A stretch of 64,000 nucleotides of DNA from Candidatus Dormiibacterota bacterium (GTDB taxonomy: Bacteria > Chloroflexota > Dormibacteria > Aeolococcales > Aeolococcaceae), in assembly GCA_963709585.1 (NCBI GenBank), contig CAVPXI010000004.1, positions 32,001 through 96,000 of the forward strand, read 5' to 3'. Numbering within the stretch: position 1 is the first letter of the stretch; each line of letters begins with the position of its first letter. Under the pieces are notes generated by a model. That model was given only the letters and a program-made list of their open reading frames with translations. It had not been told where the DNA came from and searched no databases. This document shows positions 42,828 through 53,330 of this stretch, piece after piece. A program made the position numbers and the translations under genes.

Positions 42828-44213
42828 GTGAGCTTGAGCTTCAGCAACGGCGCGACGCTGCATCTACTCCTCACGCTCAGCGTCCTGCTGGTCGCCGTCC
42901 ACTCCGTCGGGTTCCTCTTCGTGAAGCTGCGCCAGCCGAGGGTGGCCGGCGAGATCATCGCGGGTCTGGCCCTTGGCCCGACATTGCTCGGACTGCTGCG
43001 TCCCGATCTCTCGCACCAGATAATCGCCGGGACGGCGTCAACGACCGCGGTGCTTGGGGCGATCTACCAACTGGGTCAGTTGCTCCTGATGTATTGCGCC
43101 GGAGCAACCCTGCGGTCCCATCGGCGTCGCGGAGAGGGGCGGACGACGTCGCTGATCGCGCTGATCGGCAACCTCATCCCGTTCGCCGCCGGCGCCGGCT
43201 TCCTGCTGGTTCTCAACCCAGGAGGCTTGATCGGTTCTGCATCGAACCACATATCGCTGCTCATCGTCTTCTCGTGCGGTATCGCCGTCACCAGCATCCC
43301 GGTGATCTCACGCATTCTCGCGGATCTCGGTTTGCTGCGGACTGCGTTTGCACGCATGGTCCTCACCGTCGCACTCATCGACGATGTGGTCCTCTACGTC
43401 CTGCTCAGCATCGCGGTCGGCCTCGTCGCGACCCCTTCCACCGATAGCTTCGCTCTCCCGAGCCTGCTCTCGATCCACCCTGGCTCGATCCTGTCCGATG
43501 CCTACTATGTGATCGTATCGATTGCGATCTTCGGGCTCCCGCTCGCCTTCGGTCGCTCACTCGTCGAGAAGATGGGCGCGCTGCGCTTCAATTTCCTGGG
43601 ACGCAGCAATGCTTTGGCCTTCCAGATCGTCTTCATGCTGGTGATGACGAGCATCGCCTTGTTCTTCGGTATATCACCCATCTTCGGGGCGTTTGTCGCC
43701 GGGATTCTGGCCGGGACGCTCTCGACCAGCGAGGAAGAGGGTGGAACCGTCTCGATCGATGCCGTCCGCGCTCAGGCAAGTATCCAGAGCTTCTCATTCG
43801 CCTTCTTCATCCCCATCTACTTCGCGATTGTGGGGCTGAAGCTCGACCTCATCCACCAGTTCGACATCCCGTTCTTTGCCGCCTTCCTTGTCTATGCGTG
43901 CGTCGTCAAGGCGCTCAGCGTGTACGCCGGAGCACGCGTGGCGGGCGAGGGGCGCGAGAGCGCGATCAATCTGGCGATGGCGCTGAATGCTCGCGGCGGA
44001 CCAGCGATTGTCATGGCCTCGGTGGCCTTCGACGCCCACATCATTTCTCAGAAGTTCTATGTCGACCTGGTGCTGTTGGCGCTGGTCACCTCGGTGATAG
44101 CTGGAGCATGGCTGGACAGGGTTCTCCGCACGGGAACCTTCTTCGAGCAAGCACAGCAACCGAGCCGCATCGGTGCGGATGGAGCCCCGTCGCGCGGCGA
44201 AGTCGTCGCGTAG
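42828..44213 (+). CDS. Cation:proton antiporter (CPA2)
   Basis: QPRVAGEIIAGLALGP, TSIPVISRIL, LIDD, FFIPIYFAIVG and LNARG motifs. Confidence 0.9.
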   Translation: MSLSFSNGATLHLLLTLSVLLVAVHSVGFLFVKLRQPRVAGEIIAGLALGPTLLGLLRPDLSHQIIAGTASTTAVLGAIYQLGQLLLMYCAGATLRSHRRRGEGRTTSLIALIGNLIPFAAGAGFLLVLNPGGLIGSASNHISLLIVFSCGIAVTSIPVISRILADLGLLRTAFARMVLTVALIDDVVLYVLLSIAVGLVATPSTDSFALPSLLSIHPGSILSDAYYVIVSIAIFGLPLAFGRSLVEKMGALRFNFLGRSNALAFQIVFMLVMTSIALFFGISPIFGAFVAGILAGTLSTSEEEGGTVSIDAVRAQASIQSFSFAFFIPIYFAIVGLKLDLIHQFDIPFFAAFLVYACVVKALSVYAGARVAGEGRESAINLAMALNARGGPAIVMASVAFDAHIISQKFYVDLVLLALVTSVIAGAWLDRVLRTGTFFEQAQQPSRIGADGAPSRGEVVA

Positions 44214-44276
44214 CCACCTCGCGTCCGTCCTAACGAGAAGGATTATCTGGAGACGTTTCGTGCGGCGTCAGCCGAT

Positions 44277-44717
44277 TCAGTCGCTGGGTTCACGCCACGC
44301 GAACACGCTCGTGCCGATCAGCAGTGCAGTGGCTGCCAGAGCCAGGAAGAATCCCGGACCCAGGTATGGCTTGACGGTCAGAGAATCCGCGCGACCAAGA
44401 TTGTCGATGTACTCGATGTACATCCCCAAGGTGAAAGCAAAGTCGAGCGCGACCAGGGAAAACCGTATGAATCCGCCGGGCGGCGCACGCACGAGCGCCA
44501 CAGCGAGGGCGAGGATCGCCACGGCGCCCACGAGGATCCAGTTCGCCTGCTGTAGGCCATCGACAATCTCGTAGGTGCCCGTCGAGCTGATCACAGCCAC
44601 CCAGTGCAGCGGCATCGAGCCCACATAGACGGCCGAGACGACGAGGAGCGCTGCGATGGCCTTTCGTCGGGGTCGGTACGGTCCGGCCTCGTACGCCGAG
44701 AGCGGCCTTAGCGACAA
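44277..44717 (-). CDS. Hypothetical membrane protein
   Basis: Four hydrophobic segments and a C-terminal GPGFFLAL motif. Confidence 0.6.
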   Translation of the reverse strand: MSLRPLSAYEAGPYRPRRKAIAALLVVSAVYVGSMPLHWVAVISSTGTYEIVDGLQQANWILVGAVAILALAVALVRAPPGGFIRFSLVALDFAFTLGMYIEYIDNLGRADSLTVKPYLGPGFFLALAATALLIGTSVFAWREPSD

Positions 44718-44811
44718 GCGCGTCCACCTGTCATACCCAGATCACCCTATACCGACTGCACCCGAAAGATGCCACGTGGCCACCAGTTGATCCTGAACAA
44801 CCCGCTCGCGG

Positions 44812-45810
44812 TCACCCCTCCCGCGCGCGAACGTAGCGGATCCGCGGATCGACGCACGCGTATACGAGATCGGTGATCAGTGACCCGACGACCGTCAGCA
44901 CTCCTCCGATCAGGATCGCGCCGAGCATGGTGTAGAAGTCCCTGTTCATCGCGGCGTTCCAGAGGGTCATGCCCAAGCCGGGATATCCGAAGAGCACTTC
45001 GACGATAAGCTGCGCACCGAATATCTGGGGAAGGCGCGTTCCCAGCAGCGTGATGATCGGAAGCGACGCGTTGGGCATCGCGTGGCGCAGGCTGACTCGC
45101 GATCGCGATGCGCCCTTGGCTCGCGCCGTGGTGATGTAATCCTTCGCCAGCTCCTCCACAGTCGACGCCCGGAGGTATCGGCTGAACAGCGCGACCGTTC
45201 CTATCGACAAGGTGAGCGTGGGAAGGATCAGTGCCGCCGGGTCGGCGAGGACATCGCCGGTGGTCCAGTCGGGCGTATTCAGATCGAGCCAGTGCCAATC
45301 GCTTGAGAGCACGAGGATGAGCAGGGTGCCGAGAAGGAACGGGGGGATCGAGTAGAGCGTCATCGAGGTGATGTTCGAGAGGTGCGCACCTCGGCGCCGC
45401 CGTCTCGCCGCCTCGTACAGGGCGATCGGTACGGTGCCTGCCACCACAACCAGCGTCGAGAGGCCTGTGAGGATGAGAGAGTTGATCATGGGACCCTTGA
45501 CCAGCGACCCAAGATCAAGGTCGACGGGCAGACCCTCGAAGGGATTGATCTGATCGGCGAAGCCGGGAGGGGTGAAGGCGATTCTCCCCCGCAGGAGATT
45601 GCCGAGAAAGGCGAGGTACTGGACCGGAATCGGCTCGTCGAGTCCGTTCTGGTGGTCGTAGATCGCCCACTGTGCAGGGCCCACGCGCGGCCCGAGCATG
45701 ATGTGCCCCTGGTCGCCGGGCAGCAGGTGTTCGAGGATGAATACCACCGTCGCCACACCGACGACCACCAGTGCCGCCTGGAGAACGCGGCTGACGAGGT
45801 ATCTGAACAC
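44812..45810 (-). CDS. Peptide/nickel ABC transporter permease (DppB/OppB-like), orphan
   Basis: LPGD, GLDEPIPVQY, DYITTARAKG, HAMPNA and EVLFGYPGLG motifs. Confidence 0.9.
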   Translation of the reverse strand: MFRYLVSRVLQAALVVVGVATVVFILEHLLPGDQGHIMLGPRVGPAQWAIYDHQNGLDEPIPVQYLAFLGNLLRGRIAFTPPGFADQINPFEGLPVDLDLGSLVKGPMINSLILTGLSTLVVVAGTVPIALYEAARRRRRGAHLSNITSMTLYSIPPFLLGTLLILVLSSDWHWLDLNTPDWTTGDVLADPAALILPTLTLSIGTVALFSRYLRASTVEELAKDYITTARAKGASRSRVSLRHAMPNASLPIITLLGTRLPQIFGAQLIVEVLFGYPGLGMTLWNAAMNRDFYTMLGAILIGGVLTVVGSLITDLVYACVDPRIRYVRAREG

Positions 45811-45887
45811 CTCGTCTAATCTCTCAGGTCGGGGGCGCGCGAGCGCCCGCGTCGACCACGTCCCCCACACCACTGAAGGAGGGCAGT

Positions 45888-46715
45888 ATGAGCAGTCTGC
45901 TGGCGCGGGTGAGTGCCGCATTCGACCCGACCGATCTGAAGCGCATCTGTGAGCAGCAGGACTTCAGTGCCTACGCGACCAAATACCCTCTGAAAGAGAG
46001 GAGCTTCGGTGGGAGCAGGTACAGGAATCGCTTCTACTATCACAAGGACAATGGCAGCCAGATCCTTGCTGTAGCTCACCTGGACCATATCTGGCCCAAT
46101 GCCGGCTGTTCTGTGATCGAGACGGCAGGGGGGCTGCTCGCACTCTCCGGCGCTCTTGACGATCGCCTTGGTGTGTACGTCATATTGGAACTGCTGCCCA
46201 ACCTGGACATTAGCTGTGACTGGCTCCTTAGCACCGATGAAGAGGTTGGCCTCACCACGGCTGCCGACTTCCGCATCGACAAGCAGTACAACTGGATGAT
46301 CAGCTTCGATCGAGGTGGCCGCGACGTCGTCATGTACCAGTACGACACGCCAGAGCTGCGGCGAAGTGTCAAGGCCGCGGGCGGGACGCCGGGGGAGGGG
46401 TCCTTCGGCGACATCTCCGCCCTATCCCATCTCAACTGCGCTGGCCTGAATTGGGGGGTTGGATTTTACGAGTACCACGGCCCGCGCTCACACGCGTGGC
46501 TCAACGACACCTTTGCGCTCGTCGCACAGTTCGTGCGCTTCTACCGCGTGAACGCACGGCGCGAGTGGCGCATGAACACAAAGCCCATGTCCCCCAGCAG
46601 AGCGGCTGTGGCCGCCGCGACAGCTGTCCGGCGACGTTTGCGGCGGGGGGCGCTCACGAGGGCAGCGGAAGCCGACGTTGCTCGGATGCTCGCTCCGAGC
46701 AGGCTGCGACGGTGA
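45888..46715 (+). CDS. M28/M20/M42-clan zinc peptidase-like protein
   Basis: Metal-ligand pattern AHLD, ALDDRLG, DEEVG, FDR, YH. Confidence 0.65.
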   Translation: MSSLLARVSAAFDPTDLKRICEQQDFSAYATKYPLKERSFGGSRYRNRFYYHKDNGSQILAVAHLDHIWPNAGCSVIETAGGLLALSGALDDRLGVYVILELLPNLDISCDWLLSTDEEVGLTTAADFRIDKQYNWMISFDRGGRDVVMYQYDTPELRRSVKAAGGTPGEGSFGDISALSHLNCAGLNWGVGFYEYHGPRSHAWLNDTFALVAQFVRFYRVNARREWRMNTKPMSPSRAAVAAATAVRRRLRRGALTRAAEADVARMLAPSRLRR

Positions 46716-46722
46716 GCGCCAG

Positions 46723-47352
46723 CTAGGGAGCCAGCCCGCGGAGAACCGCGTCGACGTAGAGTCGCGACACTCGCTCCGCAAGGCGATAGGGATCCTTCTC
46801 ACGAATCCGCTCGCCCAGCCGGCCACTGATCCACAGCGCCGCCAGACCGTGAACCATCGACCACGCCGAGACCGCAACGACCTCAGGGTCGTTGCTTCCC
46901 AGGAAACCCTCTGACTGGCATCGAGCGATGGTGCTGACCAGCAGCGAGTAGGCGGCGTCGCTGGCTGCGGCGAAGTCTGGATCGTCCACATTCAGGATAT
47001 CGAGCCGAAACATGACCTCGAACCGGCCCGGATTGGCGAGTGCGAACCTGACGTAGCCGCGACCGACGGCTTCGAGGACGGAAGGACCATCGACGGGTCG
47101 CGCCTCGTCGATCGCCGCCAGCACCGCGCTCGCCAGCTGCAGGTAGCCCTGGGTCGCGAAGGCGGTCAGGAGGCCGGCTTTGTTCTCGAAGTGGTGGGCA
47201 GATGCGGCGTGCGTGACCCCGACCTGGCGAGCCACAGCCCGCAGCGAGACGTGGCCGACGCCACGTTCCCGAACGACCTGTTCGACGGCGTCCACCAATG
47301 CCACCTTCAAACCCCCGTGGTGATAGGGGCGAACATGCGGCTTGACTGTCAT
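46723..47352 (-). CDS. TetR-family regulator (WHG-type)
   Basis: YHHGGLK, SLRAVARQVGVTHAA..HHF and WSMVHG motifs. Confidence 0.92.
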   Translation of the reverse strand: MTVKPHVRPYHHGGLKVALVDAVEQVVRERGVGHVSLRAVARQVGVTHAASAHHFENKAGLLTAFATQGYLQLASAVLAAIDEARPVDGPSVLEAVGRGYVRFALANPGRFEVMFRLDILNVDDPDFAAASDAAYSLLVSTIARCQSEGFLGSNDPEVVAVSAWSMVHGLAALWISGRLGERIREKDPYRLAERVSRLYVDAVLRGLAP

Positions 47353-47370
47353 CTAACCGATGGTAAGATG
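47342..47370 (+). promoter_or_regulatory. Promoter with TetR operator overlapping the tetR start codon
   Basis: TTGACT (47342) and TAAGAT (47364). Near-palindrome CATCTAACC-GAT-GGTAAGATG at 47350-47370. Confidence 0.6.
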
Positions 47371-47403
47371 CTCGGACCGCGGCTAACGATAGAGGAGGAG
47401 CCG

Positions 47404-47544
47404 GTGAGCAAGATCGAATACGGGGGCACTCTGGTCTGCAGTATCAATGTTTCCGATCTGTACCGATCCGTTCGGTGGTATCGGGATGGCCTTGGAGCCA
47501 CCCTGACGCTTGCCGAGCCGAACCAGCGTGACCAAGCCTCATAG
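47404..47544 (+). pseudogene. Truncated VOC/glyoxalase-family gene
   Basis: GGAG RBS, then INVSDLYRSVRWYRDGLG (VOC N-terminus) joined almost directly to TLTLAE (C-terminus-like). Only 46 codons. Confidence 0.55.
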
Positions 47545-47552
47545 CGACTGCG

Positions 47553-48032
47553 ATGACGCTTGAGTCCCAGGACGGAAAGGCAACCACAACGCGAACGACG
47601 TTCCGACTGGCAATCGTCGTCACGACGTCGATCGAAGCACCGACTATGACCATCTGGAAGCTTCTGACCGATATCCGCGCGCAGTCGAAATGGAACTCGA
47701 CCTTGACGAGCATCGAAGGTGCGATCGCATTTGGCGAACGCGTCTCGTTCAAAGTGCACGAAGCGCCGCGTCAGACCTTCAGCCCGAAAGTCGTCGCCTA
47801 CGACGAGCCGAAGTCGATGGTGTGGCGCCTGAATCGGTGGCCACTGATTGTGAGCGAGCGGACGTATCAACTCACCCCTGGGGCGCATGGCTCGACCGAG
47901 ATCACGATCACCGAGGTCTTTCAAGGCCTTTTGCTGCCCCTGATCGCAAAGTCACTGCCGGATTTCGGAGCGATGTTCGAGCGCACCACCCTGGATTTGA
48001 AAGCCGCAGCCGAGGCACCCGCGCCCGCCTGA
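47553..48032 (+). CDS. SRPBCC-domain protein
   Basis: IEAP...IWKLLTD...WN, EVFQGLL and LKAAAE motifs. Confidence 0.82.
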   Translation: MTLESQDGKATTTRTTFRLAIVVTTSIEAPTMTIWKLLTDIRAQSKWNSTLTSIEGAIAFGERVSFKVHEAPRQTFSPKVVAYDEPKSMVWRLNRWPLIVSERTYQLTPGAHGSTEITITEVFQGLLLPLIAKSLPDFGAMFERTTLDLKAAAEAPAPA

Positions 48033-48142
48033 CCGCATTCGCGGATGCGAGCGCACGATCGCGACCCGCGCTGGGGCGCAGGAGACCCGACAGTTTTTCG
48101 GGAAAGAAACGACAGGTTATAGTCGCGCCAAGGAAGCTACAC

Positions 48143-48727
48143 ATGAGCAAATTGGACCAACCAAGTCGATCCAAGCTCGTAGCGTGGCTGGCAGGCTTTG
48201 TCGTCGTCTTCGCCGCTGTGTCTTGGTTCGTCACGGGGGGAATGCCTTTGCAGGGCGCGCCGCTGCCGCTGGCCCACAACCATCCGGCCACCTTCCCGCT
48301 ACCGGGAACCACACCAGTCGTCTATTGCCCGTCTCACCAATTGAAGGTCGTTGGAATCTACGACGAATGTGCCACGGCCGAGGCCAAGAGTTCAACCTGC
48401 GGGGTATACGGCCACATGCTTGACCAGGTGCTCCGCTTTTCCGGCAACCACCAGGCATTCACGCTCGAACTCCAAATCGACGGCGCCTATGATGGTCCCG
48501 GCACGTATGAGTTGGCACCGTCTCGTCCGCTGGGTACGAGTTCGGCGGTACCAAAGGTCGCCATGTTTGCGACGGGCGTATACTGGCAATCGATCGACGG
48601 AGTTCTAACCGTTACAGGCAGCGATGGGCGGTCGGGAACCGTGAATGTCTGGCTCCAGACCTCCAATGGCACCGCTATTGTCCTGGGTCCGACGATCAAC
48701 GTTATTGGGCCGTGGAGTTGCCCTTGA
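48143..48727 (+). CDS. Hypothetical membrane-anchored extracytoplasmic protein
   Basis: N-terminal TM, Cys-containing beta-rich domain ending GPWSCP. Confidence 0.55.
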   Translation: MSKLDQPSRSKLVAWLAGFVVVFAAVSWFVTGGMPLQGAPLPLAHNHPATFPLPGTTPVVYCPSHQLKVVGIYDECATAEAKSSTCGVYGHMLDQVLRFSGNHQAFTLELQIDGAYDGPGTYELAPSRPLGTSSAVPKVAMFATGVYWQSIDGVLTVTGSDGRSGTVNVWLQTSNGTAIVLGPTINVIGPWSCP

Positions 48728-48886
48728 CGGACGCGCGGGTCCGCCTGGAAATTGGCGAGCCGGCAGTAGACATCGCGCGCTGATCCGACGCCTTGATGAC
48801 GGCCATGTCGATGAGTGATTTCGGTGCTAGGTTCCACATATGGCTTCTTCGGTGGCGAATCGGGAAGCGCGGAAGGGAACGCGCGC

Positions 48887-50394
48887 GTGCTCACGTTGAG
48901 CGTGCGCCCCGCCTCGATCGTTGTCGGTTTTGCCCTGGCGGCGAGTCTCGCCGTGGCCGCCTGCGGTGCTCCGTCGCCCGGCACTGTCTTGTCAGCGGTG
49001 TCCTGCTCTGTTCCCCGGCTCAACGCGGTGGGCAGCGCTACCGCGAACTCCTGCCGCCAAGAAGTCTCGGCATCGCCACGCCGATATGGTCTGGCGCAAT
49101 CGGGCGTCCCTCGACTGTCGTGGGTGGTACCGCCTATGGGACTGGGCCACAAGGGCGTTGCACCCTGGCCTTTGATGTCGCGACCGGGCGGCCGGACTGG
49201 ACTGTCGCCCCGCCGGCTGACCATCCCAACCTGTTTGACGTCGTGGCCGATGCGACAACCGTCCTCGCCGCGATCGGGCATGACGTGGGACAACCGCCGG
49301 GCTTGGTCGCGCCGCTCATCAACGGGCTCGCCGCGTACGACTCGGCGACGGGTCGCGAGAGGTGGAGCGTCACATTCCCGGATGATGGGCAGAAGATTCC
49401 TGCTCTCCTGACCGGATCGACTGTGGTCGTGTCCGAGGAAGACGGAACGCTGCTCGGTCTGAGCGAGCAGACGGGCCATCAGTTGTGGCGCGATCGCGCA
49501 CAACGGGGCTGCCCTGACGACATGCCCCCGGGTTTTCAGCCGAACGCCGCGGTGATCGGGCAGGGTCCTCCGGTCGACGGCACCCCGACCGCGATCGTCC
49601 TCACCTGCGAAGGCGGAAGCATGGTTGGCGTTGACGCCGCGAATGGCGCGATGCGATGGACATGGGAGGTCCCGGCGGGTTGGAACCTTGACCCGCAGTT
49701 CTCGAACACGGTCGATGCCGGGACACCCGGAGGAGTCGCCGTTGCCGCGTTCATCGGCCTGATCCCTCCAGCCAACGCGCCCAAAAGAATTGCCGCACCT
49801 CCCAGCCCGCTGCGCCCTACCAGGATCGACAACGCCTACGGACTCGAAGCCGGCGGTGACATGGTGGTGCTCGACGGTCTCACCGGTCGAGTGCGCTGGG
49901 ATCTTACCGGTGTCGTCGGGTCAGTATTGCCGGTCGGCGGTGCGGGAAGCATCTGTGTCGTCACCGACTCCGGTATCGACTGCAGGCGCGCAGCCGATGG
50001 CAGTCCGCGGTGGGCGACCAACTGGGTGGCGACGAATGCGAGCCAGCAATGGCCCGCGCTCGGCTGCATGAGCCTTGCCGGTGGGGCGCAACCCTGCGTC
50101 ATCACCGCCGGTGACCTCCTCTACGTCGCGCTGCCGACGGCCTCCACTCCCGCATACCGACCGCTGCCGGGCCCACAAAGTCCGCCGGGGATCTTCGTGT
50201 TGACCTCACTTCGATTGGACACGGGCAAAGTCATGACCCGACTTCCGCTCCCTGCATTCGTCGATTCTCAATCCAGCATCGCCATCTCGCTGGCGTCACC
50301 TCCTGGCATCCTTACTGTGGGTGACGGGTTCGCGCTGGTGACCCCGGAGTACGCAGAGACAGATGAGGTTCAAGCGTTTGTGATGCCTCATTAG
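48887..50394 (+). CDS. Lipoprotein with PQQ-like (BamB-type) beta-propeller repeats (frameshift near 49060)
   Basis: Lipobox VAAC in the 48815 frame; repeats AFDVATGRPDW, AYDSATGRERW, GVDAANGAMRW and VLDGLTGRVRW in the 48793 frame. Confidence 0.7.
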
Positions 50395-50454
50395 CGCATC
50401 TCGGTCAGCGCCAGGTCATGGCACTCCCGGCGGGCGCCTTGACTTCCAGCCGAG

Positions 50455-51628
50455 TCAGGCTGAGAGTCGCTGCGCGGCGAGCTCGCCGAGCACGGTCATC
50501 GCCATCTCCAGCTTCCGACGCGGTGCGCTGAAACACAGCCGGAGGTGGGACGGCACGCCGAACGCGATCCCCGGCGTGAGCAGCACACGACGCGCGGTGA
50601 GCGCATCGATGAGTTGCAGCGTGTCCGGCCACGGGCTGCGCAGCCAGAGGTAGAGCCCGCCCTGGGGTTCGATCGCCTCGAGCCCGTCCGCGCGGATTCG
50701 ATCCATGACCATGTCGCGACGCTCGCGGTACGGGATGGCGTTGATCTCCCACGAGTTCGAGGTGGAGGAGCGCGCGCTGCGCGGTCGCCGGCGCGTTGAC
50801 GAATCCCAGCGCGCGCAGCGCCTGGGCAAGCCCGCGGTGGGTCTCGGCGTTGACGAGTGACGGGTGCAGCACGAGATAGCCGATGCGCTCCCCGGCGACG
50901 CCGAGGTCTTTCGAGAACGACCGCGCGAGCACGGTGTGCTCGTAGGCGCTGAACGGCTCGACGCGCTGGTGCGGCGGGTAGGTCAGCCGCCGGTACACCT
51001 CGTCGATGATCAGAAGCACCTTGCGGTCGTGCTTGTTGTTGTGCGTCTCGAGCACCGCCGCGAGCCCTGAGAGTTCGCCGCCGTCGAGCACATGGCCGCT
51101 CGGGTTGCACGGCGAGTTGACGATCACCGCCGCGGTGTGCGCGGAGAGCGCGCCGCTGATGCCGTCGAGGTCGAGGCGCAGGTCTGACCCTACCGGCACC
51201 GGGACGAATCGCGCCGACGCGGTTTCGCAGTAGAGGCGGAACTCCGGAAAGTACGGCGCGATCCCGATCACGTCGTCGCCGGGATCGACAAAGGTGCGAA
51301 TCGCGATGGCGATCGCCGCCGCCGCACCCGGTGTCATCGCTACCGATTCGCTGCTGATCCCCGGGAAGTCGACGTCCTCCGCGGCGCGTTCGCGAACGTC
51401 GGGGTAGCCGAGATTCGGCATGTAGCCGAACCGCCCGACGAATCGCTCGCGACTCGCGGCAGCGAACGCTTCCACCACCGCCTCCGGAGCTTCCAGAGGC
51501 TGGCCGATGGAGAGGTCGGCGACGCTTTCCTCGCCGAACTCGGTGCGCAGCCGCTCTCCCTCCATGAACATGCGCCGGATCCATCCGCCGTCCTGAAGCT
51601 GCGCGCGCGACCAGCGCGAAATGCTCAC
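50455..51628 (-). CDS. Class I/II PLP aminotransferase (aspartate/aromatic; frameshift near 50757)
   Basis: NSPCNPSG, IIDEVY and SFSKDLGVAGERIGY; C-terminal PQGGLY..LRLCF in another frame. Confidence 0.88.
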
Positions 51629-51652
51629 GTCAACTCAAGGATGGCGATCGGC

Positions 51653-52837
51653 TCACGCGATGCTGGTGGTGCCGGTGACGCCGCCGGTGTGCCAGCTGAA
51701 GGGGTAGTCACGGTCGTAGATCTGGCGTGCGATCGCGGTGCGGTGCAACGGCCGGAAGGTGTCCACCATCACCGCGAGCTCGTCGGTCTCGCGCGGGCGG
51801 TCGAGCGATGCCTCGAGCGCCCCCGGTTGCGGGCCATGCGGGAGGCCGCCGACATGGTGGGTGAACGAACCCTGGCTGATACCGCGACGCGCCGCGTAAT
51901 TGCCCTCGACGTAGTACAGCACCTCGTCGGAGTCGAGGTTGCTGTGGTGATACGGGAGATGGATCGCCTCGGGGTCCCAGTCGAGCTTGCGAGGCACGAA
52001 CGAGCAGATCACAAGGTTGTGGGACTGGAACGTCTGATGGATCGGCGGCGGCACGTGAAAGCGGCCGGCACGGGGTTCGAAGTCGTGGATGTTGAAGGTC
52101 ACCGGGTAGATCGTCCCGTCCCATCCGATGACATCGAAGGGATGGTGGTCGAGCACGTAGCGGCTCACATGGTTGGAACGCTTGAGCCAGATCTCGGCAG
52201 GTCCTTCGCTGCTGGTCTCGAGCGAGTCCGGGCCGTGAAAATCGCGCTCACTGTAGGGGGCAAACTCGGTGAGCTGGCCGTTGCGCGCGCGATAGCGATC
52301 CGGCACGTCGACGAGCCCGGTCACCTCCATGCAGAGAATCCGCACGTCGGCGAGATCGTCGAAGTCGATGCGATAGATCGTGCCCCGCGGGATCACGATG
52401 TAGTCGTGCCGTTTGAATGCCAGGTGTCCGAACTGGCTGTGCAGCGCGCCGCTGCCGGCGTGCACGAAGAGCACCTCGTCGGCCGAGCCGTTGACGTAGA
52501 GCACCTGCTGGGCGCTCACCGGGGCGACCAGCCCGATGTGGACGTCGTCGTTGACGAGCAGCCAGCGCCTGCCGGTGATGACGTCGCCCTGCGACGGGAG
52601 GTCGAACCCCTTGAGGTGCGCGTTGGTGTGCACCTGCTCGTGCTCGGGAGTCATGAGGTCGGCGGGGCCTTCGCTGACGTCCTGCGCGCCCTCGGGCATG
52701 CCGCGGTGATACAGGAGCGAGGAGGGCCCGCTGAAGCCCTCACGCCCGAAGAGCTCCTCGTATGCCAGCCGGCCGTCATCCGCGAAACGCATGTGCCGCT
52801 TGCGGGGCACGTCGCCGAGTTGCTTGTACGGTCGCAC
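51653..52837 (-). CDS. hmgA: Homogentisate 1,2-dioxygenase
   Basis: PRKRH, HPFDVIGWDG, HVPPPIHQTF, PYHHSNLDSDE, HGPQPG and ELAVMVDTFRPL motifs. Confidence 0.93.
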   Translation of the reverse strand: MRPYKQLGDVPRKRHMRFADDGRLAYEELFGREGFSGPSSLLYHRGMPEGAQDVSEGPADLMTPEHEQVHTNAHLKGFDLPSQGDVITGRRWLLVNDDVHIGLVAPVSAQQVLYVNGSADEVLFVHAGSGALHSQFGHLAFKRHDYIVIPRGTIYRIDFDDLADVRILCMEVTGLVDVPDRYRARNGQLTEFAPYSERDFHGPDSLETSSEGPAEIWLKRSNHVSRYVLDHHPFDVIGWDGTIYPVTFNIHDFEPRAGRFHVPPPIHQTFQSHNLVICSFVPRKLDWDPEAIHLPYHHSNLDSDEVLYYVEGNYAARRGISQGSFTHHVGGLPHGPQPGALEASLDRPRETDELAVMVDTFRPLHRTAIARQIYDRDYPFSWHTGGVTGTTSIA

Positions 52838-52860
52838 GCCCAGAGCCTACCGGTTCGGCC

Positions 52861-53328
52861 CTACGCCGGTGCGCCGATCACCTCGAAGATCGCCTCGAGC
52901 TCGACGGCGGCGCCGAGCGGCAGCTGCGCTACGCCGATGGCGCTCCGGGCATGGCGGCCGCGCTCGATGCCGAACACCGCGACCAGCAGATCGGACGCTC
53001 CGTTGACGACGGCCGACTGCTCGGTGAAGGCGGGCGCGCTGTGCACGAAGCCCGTGAGCTTGACCACCGCGACGTCGTCGAGCGTGCCGAGCGCCGCCCG
53101 CGCCGTTCCCAGGAGATCGATGGCCGCGCGGCGCGCCAGGTCGTACGCGGTGTCGGTGTCGACGTCGTCGCCGACTGTGCCGGTCACCACCGCGCCGTCG
53201 CGCTTGCCGAGGTGACCGGAGAGGTAGAGCAGGGTGCGCACGCGCCGCGCGGTGACGTAGTTGGCAACCGGCGCGGTGGTCTCCGGGATGACGATGCGGA
53301 GCTCGGCAAGGCGGTCGTCGATGCTCAC
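52861..53328 (-). CDS. RidA/YjgF-family protein
   Basis: APVANYV, LYLSGH, VNGASDLL..FG..GRHARSAIG and LPLGAAVELE motifs. Confidence 0.9.
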   Translation of the reverse strand: MSIDDRLAELRIVIPETTAPVANYVTARRVRTLLYLSGHLGKRDGAVVTGTVGDDVDTDTAYDLARRAAIDLLGTARAALGTLDDVAVVKLTGFVHSAPAFTEQSAVVNGASDLLVAVFGIERGRHARSAIGVAQLPLGAAVELEAIFEVIGAPA

Positions 53329-53330
53329 AG

